Assembly (NCBI RefSeq): GCF_000181795.1
Contig: NW_003526945.1
Location: 2,191,848 to 2,255,847, forward strand
Source of the DNA: Trichinella spiralis
Taxonomy: Eukaryota
Direction of reading: 5' to 3'
DNA length: 64,000 nucleotides
Position numbers and translations under genes: made by a program. Positions within the stretch are counted from its first letter, which is position 1. Each line of letters begins with the position of its first letter. The notes beneath the pieces are model-generated. The model did no database searches, was not told where the DNA came from, and saw nothing but the letters and a program-made list of their open reading frames with translations. This document shows, piece by piece, positions 40,644 to 54,030 of this stretch.

Positions 40644-42904
40644 ATGGATGAAGAAGAGGAAGAAATTGTGAACACGCCACCGGGAAGTAAGCGTTGTCTA
40701 AATTATAATTTGATCAATAATAGTTCATGTTTAGGTCAACTTGTTTCTCCTGGAAGAGAACCTCGAGTACGTAAAGTAAATCAAAGAGTCCAAGAATTTA
40801 TGCGCAGTTATCTAATTCCTTCTGTACGTCATTCCGAAAAAGAAGTATTAGTTTCACCGCCGAGTAATATATTGTTTGTTATTTAATTTAATGTAATATA
40901 ATTAACTAATTGATGCTTTTTTAGAAATAATTATACCGCGGAGAGTAATGAGATCAGAAGTATCCGGTACGTTGAAATGAATTAAATATGTGCTTTTTGA
41001 AGAATTTGAAAGTTTTTTAATTTTAATATTAAGCAGTTTAATATAATTTAGGAAAATATTTACCATCAGTTATTGCATCTCGTGAAAACTGGCTTCGAGT
41101 GGAAGATGGAGTCGCGTTTTGCATGGCCTGTCAATGTATATTGAGAATAAGAAAATTTTGTACGTGAATATTTTTTAAAGTAGTATTTTTGAATGGATTT
41201 ATAATATTGAATTGAAAATTTCAGCAATTAAATGGGGTGATAAATTGCCGCAGTCGGACGTTGCAAAGTTGCTTCGTCACGAAAAAGGAGTGAATCATGA
41301 AAAAGCATTGAAAAAATATATGAACGGTAATATTTAGAAATGAATATGCGAATGATTGATTTTGCCTGAACTACTAACTGTGAATTTTAGTTTTGGAAAT
41401 GACTGGTGCTGTGGGTACGTTTCCCTGTACTGAAGCAGGTTGTGGCAAAGTTTTTGATTTATTTGACGCTCTGGAATTGCACCAATCTGTAGTTCATAAG
41501 CCAAAGAACGAAGGTAGGATATTTTGCAGTGTAAATGATGCTTTATGTGCAGTAAATTTTTGTTTTGCAAGATTCCGTTCCAAGCGCCACTATTCGATAT
41601 GCTGAAAATTCAGATTATTCATGGGGTTCAGATGATAGTTTTGAACGAAATTTTTCCACTGACGCCAAATCTGGGGTAAGTTAGGAAAATGTTTGATGGT
41701 GAAATTTGTATTTGTATTCAGATGATTGAAAAGAGTAGTATTATTGTGTTACTTTTTATTTTTCAGAAAGCGAAAAAGAAATCTATTCAGAATCGTTTTA
41801 TGGTAATGGTCGTATTAATGTGAATTGAGACGGTTGATCTGTTTTTTGTATTGTAATGATTAATTTTAGAAAAGGAAACGTGTAAGAATATTGAAACGCC
41901 GAGTTCGGGTAAATGATTGCTGTTCAGCTTTGAAATGAAAAATTTAACGTTGAAATGTTTAGCTGATTGGTCATCAGAAGCCCATCATTGTTAGAAGCTT
42001 ATCTTTTGCCGGTAAGAAGAGACGTTTGCCATATCGCGTTAGAAAACAGCGCATGCAGTGCGTCTGTCGATGCCGTCGTTTGTCAAAGCGTTTGATTCAG
42101 GTGAATTGATGAATTAAATTTTAATAATTATAATTAATGAGTTTTTTCTAGTGTGACAGTTGTCATCTTTTTCAACACCCTGGCTGTGTTGGTATAGATT
42201 GTTCATCTCCTATTAAAAGCTACTTGTGCTACGTTTGCAAAAAGCGCAAATTAGAAGAAGAAGCTAGTGAGTTATTTATCATTGTGATATTTTTTAAATT
42301 TTTGCTGACAATGCTTCTTTTAATTTAAGTGAAAGAAGCATTGTTGAAACCAATAAAAAAGTCCTGGTTTCGAATAGCATTGGAAATGGACGATCAGTTG
42401 TTGAAAACTGGAAAGATTGATTTGTTTGAGTTGGAAAAGCCATCTGCCGAAATTTTAGAACTTCAGAAACTTGCCCGTGAATCCCGTGAATTGCAAAGCA
42501 CTCTGTTGAACTGGTTGGACAAATATACTGAATTGAAGCAAGCAATTGTGTAATGATAATTTTTACAAAAAAGCAATATTGTTGATTGCATGTATAATTG
42601 ATCAATTGATTGATTATTGCTTTTTATATGCTACTTTCAGCACTCAACATGAAATGGCAGAAAAGTATAAAATAGCACTTTTGTCCAGATTGGACGAGCA
42701 AATGCTGCTGAGTTTGAGTGACGTGTTGAAAAGAACCTCAGGTTTGGAAAAAAAATTGTTGCTCAGTTATTTTATTTTTCGTGAATACATATTTTCTTTT
42801 TAGAAATGTATCAGCAACTTGATTTGAATGAAGGGAATCCGATGGCTTCGGTTACGGATATGCAACGGCTTTTGAATCTGTTGAAACACAGGTTGAAAAT
42901 ATGA
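40644..42904 (+). CDS. PHF20/MBD-R2-like chromatin protein: TTF-type zinc finger, C2H2 finger, PHD finger and helical C-terminus; about 14 exons
   Basis: Spliced translation gives WLRVEDGVAFCMAC...LLRHEKGVNH (41052-41327), FPCTEAGCGKVFDLFDALELHQSVVH (C2H2) and CVCRCRRLSKRLIQ|CDSCHLFQHPGCVG...YLCYVC (C4HC3 PHD), then MDDQLLKTGKI and amphipathic helices recalling the PHF20 post-PHD region. Stop at 42902-42904. Confidence 0.75.
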
Positions 42905-43321
42905 TCCATTTTTGCATGTTTTCTCGGTTCTGTTTTCATTCAAGCTTGTAGCATATTTATATATTCGAAATGGTAAATATGGTCTACAGTGTGCAGTTGT
43001 GCACTTTTTTCACCCGATGTTTTTTTATGTAGCATTGTTTTTCATTTGAAAATCGTCAGAATTGATCGGCTAGTTAAGCAGTTGTACTGAACTACTGCTG
43101 TTCACGAGCTGTACGAAAATTTTTTTTTGCAAAATATTATTTAGCTTGATTTGAATTCAGATTCAAAAAAAAGAATAATAGTCATTGTTGGCAATAAACT
43201 GAAATTATATTTCACCAATTCCATATATTATTATATTATTGCATGTACAATTTTTTTAAAAAAGAAATTCACAAAACATACATGCTTGTAAATGGAATAA
43301 GTTTGTGGCAAAATGTTGTTG

Positions 43322-46017
43322 TTAATTTTTTGCATTTTTCACTTTCATCGAACGCTGCTTTCTGGATGCAACGTCCAGCAGTTCTATTGGTCTTATGTCG
43401 GAGTGGAATCGTAAACTGCGTTCACTGATCGGTGAATCACGTCGATTGTGGGTTCTGCTATCGGCGGCCAAAGAATATTTGCGCTTCAGACAAAGCGGAC
43501 CGCAGACAATGATGAACGTCGTTCTGAAACTGTTCGACATGAAAGCGTACACAATTGGGTTGATGCAGGAATTTGAAAATTTCATAATCGCGAATATCAT
43601 TCTCATGTATTTCAATGTGGTCGTCGGACTGGTATGACAAAGGTAGTCGAAAGCGACCAGAAATTCATCCACCAACGTTGGCGTCCAGCAGACGAAAAAC
43701 AGCAGCAAAATGATAACTAGCATTTTTGTGACCTGAAATTTCCATAATTACATTTGGTTGAATTGGAAACTGAATTTATGGAAATCAGAAATTGAATCGC
43801 AGAAAATTATGAATTTTTTTGGTACATTTGTGGAAATTTTCTCTACGACGCAATGTTATCTCTGTCACCTGGATACTGTAAGAAAATTTTAGTTGATAAT
43901 CAAGAATAAATTTGTAAAAACCAAATACAGGTCACTGATATGGTTCTAGATCGCACGTATTTTACCTTTTTGCTCTGCTCACGTCTTGGACAAAATCGCT
44001 TTTGGCTAGATTTTGCTTGGCATGTTTGCTGATGCTCGGCTGTTGAACCGTTAGCATTGCCAGCACTTCGAGCCGATACGTTCTCTTGTAAAAGACTGTT
44101 CGCTTCGCCGAAGTACAGTCGTTGTATGAGAAGCAGGTATGAGATTGCTGTCGTCGCAAACGGCCCCAAATACAGAATGACAAACTGATACAGTACGAAT
44201 ATCTTTTCCCAGTAGTGGTCGCTGAAACGACGCCAACACCAACTGACGGTGACGTTTTTCGGCGTTTTGTAAACTTCGAGTTCCTGAAACAAAAACTTCT
44301 TTTTAATATAATTCGAATTTTTAGAATTCAATTTAAACAATGCAAACATTGATACATTTTCATGGAAAAAACATTCAATATAATAATCATCATTAGATAC
44401 GACTAATAATTAATGTATTCATGCATCGACAAAAATTGTTGTCACCTACTGTTCATTCATTCATCAAAAAGATGAAAAAGTTTAATTAGAATGCATAAAT
44501 TTTTTACAACAAATTATTTGCTTCAATCAAGATGCGATAGAATAAATTTTAATGCATAATTGAAAATTTATGCAACATTTTGATTTGAATTGAAATTAGT
44601 CGAAAAGAATTGCTCTCTTTTTTAGCAACTTATTGTTCGACAGCACATCAAACAGTAGTTGACTAATTATACATAGTCGGTGATGAAAGAATTTCACTTA
44701 TACTGATGATAATTACATTTTTGAAAATTCAAAACTGTCAATTTGAAAAAATGGAAAAAAAGCAAAAAAAACCAAATTAACACTAATACGTGCGAACAAG
44801 GTGCTAAATTGGCGCATATCACACGCACAAATGAAGCTTGACACATGTCGAGTTGTTTTTGGTAATTGAAAAAAGAGAACCGAATCTGATTAAAGAAAGA
44901 AAGCTACATGCTACACAGCATTGATTATCCATCGGTAGCTGATATCGTCGAAAATTTCGAATCGACTTCCACTATTGAATTTATCATTGAAAAAAAACCA
45001 AATGGACCCCCAAAAAACTTTTGTATACGTAATTATAATTCATGTTGTGTTCAAATGGGACCAACGCCGAACATGAATTCAATTTACTTGGAAATATGTT
45101 GTGGTTTTGTGAAAAAAACTAAAAGAAAAGAAATTAATTTTTTAAAAAATAGTCCTTCGAGTAATTATCCGATTAAAAGTCAACACAGAAGTGGATCAAG
45201 AAAGTGTTGGGGGTGAAAATGATCATTGCAATACTGCATCTCTAGCATACCTGTCCAAAGAGAATTGGTACTGCCAGCAGTGCCGAAAACAGCCACGTCA
45301 CTAGTACAGTTTTGAGAGCCCGTTTTTTGGAACGAAACGACATGGATTTCATTGGAAATGCAACTGCAGCATATCTGAAATTGTTTTTTCAAATTTATTC
45401 AATACACTACTTGAGTAAAGTTGTACCGTTTTCAAAAAAAATCTATCATCATCTTCAAATTGTTATTAAATTAAATTATTAGATAAAAGAAATGTTGAAA
45501 AATAAATTTACCGCTGTATACTGATGGTGGTCATTGTCATCAAAGAGCAGATCATTGTCATCAGTTCGACATAGTGAAATGCCACGCACAAAAAAGCGCC
45601 CATAATCCACGAGTGGGAGAGATATTTGCAATACTGAAGTGGAAGAGAAGAGAAATGAATGAATTTGAAAATTATGGAAAAATTTAAATCAACCTGAACT
45701 GGAAGACAAAAGAGAAGTATGAGAAGATCGGCTGTGGACATGCTGGACAATAGTATATTGGTAAAGCTGCGCATTTTACGGTATCGGATGACTACGGTAA
45801 TGACAAGACTGTTGCCAATTGCACCCAATATCAGCACTAGACCATACCAAATACCCAACGGGAGGGCGTCGTGTACAAGTGCAATGGATGTCGCTTCCGG
45901 ATAATCACAATCGCACAGTTCATTGTACCAATAGGCCGGATCTGAGCAGTTGCATTCCGAAGAGTTGGTAATTTCGAGCTGATCATAATCAGCATCCGCA
46001 ACAACTAAACAAGCCAT
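43322..46017 (-). CDS. Class A (rhodopsin-like) peptide GPCR, 5 coding exons
   Basis: TM1 GAIGNSLV; RYRKMRSFTN; TM2 MSTADLL; ECL1 W-x-x-G-x-x-x-C; TM3 end SIQR|Y; TM4 TWLFSALLAVP; TM6 FFVCWTP; TM7 FSNSCINPIVYAFMS. The ligand family cannot be fixed by eye. Confidence 0.93.
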
Positions 46018-49000
46018 AGCTGTTTGTATATGTTGTGTGTGTGTATGCTTTTCAAGCAGTTTGCCAGTGTTCTTTTTAATAGATTATTGTAAAAGAACAA
46101 AGAATAATGTAGGTGGAAAAAAGCAAATCCTCCAGCAAATTATAATTGACATCAGGCGTGAATGTGACGCGTCTGCTGACTGGCCAATTCCAATGGCAAT
46201 TTTCTACTTGTCCATCACACGAGACTGACTGACTTGCTAACTTTGCATGAAGCTGTCCGCCGTTTCAAATGCTAAACTGCTGTGGCCAATTAATTAATAC
46301 GAGATCGTTTAGCCAATTCTGAAAAGTTGATCAATTAAAGTTGGATTTTTCCATTTTTGAAAATCCACGCGAATCAATCGATCAATCAATCAATCAATCA
46401 ATGAATATGCACAGTTCGAACTGGTCATTCATTTCAACATTACCGTCCTCGTCGACAATTGAACATGTCAACTTTAGTTTTTTTTTAAAATAAAAATTTA
46501 AATAAATTATACGAAAAGAAAGTTCTCAGTTGTTTTTGAATGGAATAATTTGATTCAATTAAAATCCAACGATGAACAATATCGACGCGTATATAAACTA
46601 ATAGAGAATAACGGTGGAAATGAAATAATAATAAAATTGAAATTCCATCCCCTTTTGTAGATATTATCGGATAATACTGAAGAAAAGGTGCGCATAGGAA
46701 AATACGATTTGACAATGCTACAGTAAGATTTAAAAAACTGGTTTCGAACTTTGTATAAAAAATCTTTTTTGCAGTCAAAACAATTTTTGTTGATATTTTG
46801 TCTAATTTTTATTTGATAAACTTTTCAGAATGTCGATGAAAATTTGTCTCCAACATTCAATGATAGATTTTGTAGTTATCATAAAAACGGACTTCTTGTA
46901 TTTTATTCTTGTCACGTTATGCTTTGATGCATCGTATTGTGAAGAGAAAATTAAATTACCAACGCCACATCGAACCAACATCATCATCATCATCCGAACT
47001 TTTTCCTTCTCTATCTATCTATTTCTGGTAAGTAAGTGTTATCAAATTTGACGTTCATTTATGCAGGAAATTTTTTCTTCATTTAACACAAAATACCTAC
47101 TTTCATTGATGATTTTCTTCGAAATTATTTTTCATTAATAAATTAATTTCCCCTCTATATTTTCAAAAGTATTCATTTCTATATTTGCAATTGGAATTTT
47201 TGCCGTAATTCAACGTTTAATTTGACTTCAAACGGTCATATTTGTCGACTGTTTAATTGCGCTCTTCCAAGAATGTCCGTTTGTGACGTTTTGTTCAGAA
47301 ATAAATGTCCACTTTAATAAGAATTTTAATAAACAATTTTAATAATCGTTCCTCAAAGCGTAAATTAACAATAACGACATCAGTTGAAATGTTCCGAATG
47401 GCTATTCTTCAACTGTATGAGTGGATGGAGTAAATTTAAAAGAAAACCAAATTATTCACAATCGCTTAAATAATTTATTGATAAACCGTGAAAAGTCCAT
47501 TCTACATTTCAACTCAACTTAGCTAATTGGAAATACAAGATTTCCTTTGATTGAACTTTATTATTTTAATGGAATGGAAAAATGAAAATAATAATAACTG
47601 AGAAAAGAAGTCGAATATTAATCATTAACTAATAGAAATACTTGTGAATGTTGCAAATATGCATGGGCGAAATCGAACGACAACGCGTTTCTTAGTTCCA
47701 TTTGGAAAATACATGATTATGCAAATTAAGTGTATAATATTATTGAATGTAATATTATAAATAAAAAGTTACTTGTGGATGTGATTTATGTTTGTTGAAC
47801 CATCTTGAAAAATAAAAAGCAAAACAAGAAAATCAGCAAATGAATGGAATTAGCTTGCTGTATTTATTTAATGAAAAACAACTCGAATGACCATCCGCAT
47901 CTGAGCAGTAGTTTTCCACTGGTGAAATTTCATTTCAATCAGCGTGAGCACCGATTCCAACAGGCGGAAATATGAGAAGCTAAGAAATTTTTTCTTCTTA
48001 GCTTGATTAATAAATGTCTCAAATGAATATTGATGTGTGATGAAGTAAATAGCAGCTTAGGGATGCAAATCGATTTTGGGGGATCTCCAGTATAGCATGC
48101 CACCACACCAACAGCAAGGTTGGATAGCACGCAGGTGGATTTGGAAGATAGCCAGCTAAAATTAGCATGTTTCACAACCACTACAATTGTAAGTATATGC
48201 TTAAAACACGAAAATTTATTTCGTAAATTGTGCAAATAAATAAGACTTCATTCCATCATGAATATAGATTCAATGAATTCATGTTTCAAAAATTTATATT
48301 TTAATTTCAAAAATCATTTATTAATTTAATCGAATAATCACATTCCACATTTCAAATGACATATTTGCTGATTACAACATGATTAAACTGAATTATTTAC
48401 ATACTGCAACATATTTATACACCAAATGAATTATTGAATCAACGAAATGATATCCATTTATTACATTTTGCTCATTTCTTTTTCATTCATTATACAAATT
48501 CAATGCACAATACTTTGATAATAATGGAATTTATTATTTTTAATTGGCCAAATTTCAAAATTTCAACCATTATTGAATTATAAATTTTATGCGAAAGCAT
48601 TGTCTGTTGGGCAAGTAAAAAACTTACAATCGAATCAAATGATAAAAGATTTCAATATTTATTTGGAAAAGATTAATAAAAAATGATGATAAATTTGTAG
48701 GGAAAAGGTAAATTTAATTTCATCAGTTAATTTTTAGTACAATCAAAATAGTTTGGTTGGATTTTTTCTTATTCTCCTTTATTGACAGCATAAATGCTTT
48801 CAATATCACTAGAAAGTTGAAATTGTTGAAACTGTTTGTATAGAAAGTCAATTAAGTTTGCTTTTGCATGAATAAGCACTAGCATCTTTTGAAAGTTTGA
48901 AAATGATAAAGTCACAATTAGCGGCTTTAATGTTTAATGAATGCGACTTTTTAATGTACAAAATAAAACTCTGATCCGAAATATCCAAACACTGAACAAC

Positions 49001-52000
49001 TGTATACGGCGATATTGATTTTACATTATTCAAATTTATTCATCCAATCGCTGAAAAACCGCGACGTGTTCAACGGTTGTAATTTTTACCTGTAAAACTG
49101 ATTTTATTTACAATCTGACTACTTGATCGCAATGAAACCAAAAATTCACTTTCAATAATAATAATAATAATGACTCTTATTATATGTAATACAAATGCGC
49201 TTCAGGTTTCTGTGATTAGCTTCAAATTGCTCCTTCCACTAATTCAACCAATTCATCTCTTCAGAACATGCATTGCTATTATTCAGTGTATTCATATTTG
49301 TTTTGTTTTTATTTTTTTGAATAATTATAATGAATAATTTTTGATTTGTTTGTCAGATTTTCTTTTAAAAAACTACAAGTTCTTTTTTTTTCATTAACAA
49401 TAAATCAAATGAGATGAATGAATAGTTGAATAATAATAATGCATCAAAGTAAAATGATCATTTCCATCTTTGAATTTGTTAATTTTCAATAATTAATGAA
49501 GAGAAGATTTAAAGGTATTTTTGAGTGGCATTGGATTTGAATGATGAAATGAACAAAGGTGGCATGTGCATTGTATACAAATGGAGTAGATTTTAATTTC
49601 ATCTGATCATACCTTACGTCAGTCAGTATGCTGTTGAAGATCATTATTTTTCTATTAATTAACGATCAAATTATTCATGTACTCTTTTTATCAAACGACA
49701 TCCAAACACATATACACACGCACACGCACAAAGAGAAAGGGAGATAAGCCTGCAAGCGTAATTTATCATTATGCTAATAATTTCACTTGTCATCATTTAT
49801 GCAAACTGTGAAGTTAGAAATAGCATTTTGATATCAAGTTTATTGCAATTTCACCTTCTCATTCGACCTTTCAGTCGCCCACGCTTTGCTACGAAATCAA
49901 GCAATTTTAATTTTTAATTATTGACTTCTGATGGAGTAAAAAATAATAATAATAATAATAAATTTCATTCGCCTTGCTGTGCGCTTTCAACAGTGTCAAG
50001 GTAATTTTTCTTTCTTTTTCTTCTTTTTATCGATTATGAGATGTAAATTTAAACAAAAAACTCAAAGGGGCATGCTAATTTATTACAGTATTGTAAAAGA
50101 TTTTTTTTTGAAAAGAAGAAAATTTACATATAGATGTTATTGTTGTTGTTGTTTTCTGTTGTGAATTAAAATTGAGAACCAATAATTTCGTGAAACTATT
50201 GCGTGAAAGCATGCTCACTTTCATCCAACACATTCACTCGCATATTCATCAAGTGGTTGTTTACTGGAGCAAATAAATCACTTGTGATTTTTACAAATCA
50301 TAAATTGCACATTAATTAGTAACATTTTCTTTTTCTATTTCTATTCTTAATATAAAATCTGTACAATGATTTTGTTTTTTTATTTCAATAATGCAATAAT
50401 AATCTGGTATTTGAAAAGATACTGCTACTGCTTAGATGTTCTTAAGAGTAAAAGATCATTTTCTACTTGGATTAATTGTTGCTTACATTAATGTGAATTA
50501 TTCAAATTTTATCGCTTTTCAATTTATTTGATTTTTGCTTATAAATTTCCATGTCCAGTTGAGCTTTTAAATTTCAGTTCAACAACAAAATTAGCTAAAA
50601 GCTAAATAACTAGAGGAAACAAAAAAGAAAAAGAAGCATACAAGATCAATAGCAAGTGAAATTATTGTCGCTGATAAGCACAAGTTGTAAGTTATAGAAA
50701 ATCAATGAAAGTTGTACATCTGTTTTATATTCCAATTTATTTATCAATTCAAATTTTCTTTTAAATAAAAAAAAACATTTCAAGGTATACACTTTTGTCA
50801 AGCTCATTCAGATCATCAATTGCATTCATTCATAAAACATCTTTTATGTAAATTTTTTATATAATCATGACAAAATTGACGTTTGTATGAATTAATTTAT
50901 TTCATATTTGACATCTGCTTTGAAATTTGTATCATTTCATCAAAATGGACATATATTCTGATAAAATAGATTGATTGACTCTTGGAAAAGATGATTAAAA
51001 TAACTTTATTAACTTAGCCATTCCATTTCTCAGTAAACATTATAATAGGCATAATCAAGTGAAGTGAGTGGTATGGGTTTGAAGAAATTTCAAAATATTT
51101 AATGGTTCCTCTTTAACAATAATAAACTTAACAAATTGGCATTCAAATGGTTTACTTCAAATTTGGACAAAATTCATTTGAATAAAATAATAAAATACAA
51201 TTGTAAATATTGTTTTGTTTTACTGGCTTGAAATATTGCTTCATCTTGGATCATCCATCAAAACTAGGTTCAATTTAACAATACTACTCTAAACTATTAC
51301 GCGTAATATTTTTTTTATTTGACATCTAACATTTGACAATCACTCAATCATAAAGAAACAGAAGACTCTTTCTGTTAAGTAGAATTTGAATAAATGTGAT
51401 CCGATTTTATGATAATCAATCAGTCGGCTAATGATAAAGCTGAAATGGCAATGGCTTTTCAATTTCCGTTGCATCTGTGTTTCAAATTGAATAAATCATC
51501 TTTTTCTTACTTGGCTTAAAGTCTCTTCTGAATCAGTATAGTTCAGCTGTGAAAAGCAAAAAGAAAAATATTACACTAATATGATTGTAAAAAGTTCACT
51601 TTAATATTGTTATAAATTCCAATATAAAGCATGCACTGTTAGATATTGCGCTTGTGATGATTAATAAAATATTTTCTTCTGTTAACAGAAGTAAATGGAA
51701 GCAGAATTAGTATTTTACATGAAATTCATTACGTATTCTTATGCAAGTGAACAAATTTGAACTCATTGTAATTAAAAATAAAACAATGCACAATTATTAA
51801 TATTTATTAATCACGATATTTAACTTATTATCAATTTTGCGTTCCATATGCGACCAAAATTTCTGTCACGCACAAACACTGACAGTAGGATTTTCAAACA
51901 GAACTTGCTCCACAGTCAGAGGATTAATTTATAATTTATCTCAAAACTTAACATAGCTTTTACCTGATTTTCTGTTGAAATTATTCTGTCACCCTTTTTG

Positions 52001-54030
52001 CATACAATGATACCATGCAGTGTATTCATAGAGTAGCAATCGTTTATCGGTTTTGTTTCAACTGTTGCGGGATGTAATGGAATAAAGCTAAAACGCTGCC
52101 CGCAGTGACCGCTTCCAGCGGCTGATAGTCCCTGATATTTTAATGAATAAATCAAAAAAAGTACCAATGAAAAATTTGAACCAATCGGAAAACGCCGCCA
52201 AAATTTTGTCTCATTTGGGATTTTCCAATTGTTATAAGTATTATTGTAAATTAATTTATATTCACCGAATTTGAGTTGATTTGATCACTAGATGAAAAAG
52301 CATTTGTAACTAGTTCACATTATTCGCTTTTACGTTGTTCTTTTTTTATGTTCGCTATTGTCTCATATTTACTTATAAATTATACTTTTATAATTAGATC
52401 CGATTCAAGATTTTGATTTTGTAACTTTTATATTTTTTTCATTCTACAAAATTCCAGAAGACCAAACCAAGCAATCCCGATGAGAACAAGAATTATGGCA
52501 AGATTGCAAGGGTCGGTTGACAGCATATTGTACTACAATGCTGAAAATTATAAAAAAAACACATTCTACAGTATATATGTGCGGTTGTTGTTCGTTCAGT
52601 GGGTTGATAGCCAAGAAGCGTAAGCAAGGACGAGAGGCGAGAAATACGGATGCGCATCTTTCAAAACGAAGTATGAGTACAACTAAACACCAACTTTGAG
52701 CATTACGAAAATTGTCCATTTATTTAAACCTATTAATCAAATTTTAAATCGCCTTCAATTTACAAGCGATACGCTTCACCATTACGATACGAATGACAAA
52801 GCTGTGCTTCAACTTTTAATTAACAATTAAAAATAGTGCAGTTATTGAAATTAAACTAAACTTTAATAAATTAATTGAATATAAAACATGATAAATTAAA
52901 AAATCCATTAACATAATTTATTCAATTGAAAACTGTCCAATTTTTAAATATTGATTTTGACTTCTCAATTTGTCTCCATTAATACATGGCACGAATTTCA
53001 TCTAGCTGCTTTTTAATGAAATCGTTTCTTCTAAATGGCATAAAAAATATTTTTGTCAACTTGTCACTTGATAGTAAAAAATATTCGGTAACATAGATAC
53101 TGTAATTTTGATAATATGATTCAAGTATGACAAGCTGCTTTTTATTTTTGCTGTTTATTCTTATTTTTTTATTTACTATTCCTTGTACACAACAAAACAA
53201 GTACTTGTACAGTGGTGCATGGACGCTTGCATGAATTTCATATCGTCACAATGAAAATTATTACTTAGTGATTTTTATTGCACTTCCTCGTAGTGGAAAC
53301 ATTATTATTAAAGACATCAAAAGTGGAAAAACTTTTATAAAGCTAAAATCTCGCTTAATCTTTCTTGAATTTTGTTTTTCAGATTTTTACTAAATTAAAT
53401 TCATTGTTTAATTTGTTTTATTTTAAAATATTGAACAGTATGCACAATTAACAATTGTTTGCGTTTACACTTGCATTTTTTAAAATTATACTGTATGTTA
53501 GCGTTGTTTTCTTTGTGATCTTTAAGCTGTAATTCGTGAGTGTAAAAGTCCTTTGTATTGACTTAAACTTTGTTTAGTTTAAGAGTTTCATCATTAATTA
53601 ACTTTAAAATGATGACAATCTTTTCATATATGTACTTGTTTCGAATCGTTGCTGACTTTTCTCCACGCACTTCCTTGTCATGAATTTTGCTATCCATGCT
53701 TAAATATTAAGCATAGCGTTTAATTGTAAATGTTACTTTTATGTTTTGAAAATTTAGTGTTTTTTAAATTAATAATTAGAATGAATTTTGTCTGAAGGTC
53801 ATTTTCGAAATATTCAGGTGAAACAGGTCTGTTGATGATTATGGCGCATTTTCAGTCTGTGCTATTGTTTTTCTTTTATTTGCGAATTTCATTTTTATGA
53901 TGATAACGTGGGATGTAATGTGTTTAATTGAATTATTTTGTTAAAATTTAGATTCTTATCATTAAGTTCAATTTAATTTGTTTTTTAAATGTATACTTTT
54001 AGAAATTAACGTCGTGATCTATCAGTCAAA

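Noticed and set aside
47977..48004. Perfect 10-bp stem-loop AAGCTAAGAA/TTCTTAGCTT
   Set aside because: AT-rich and isolated. Bacterial terminator logic does not apply in this eukaryotic context.
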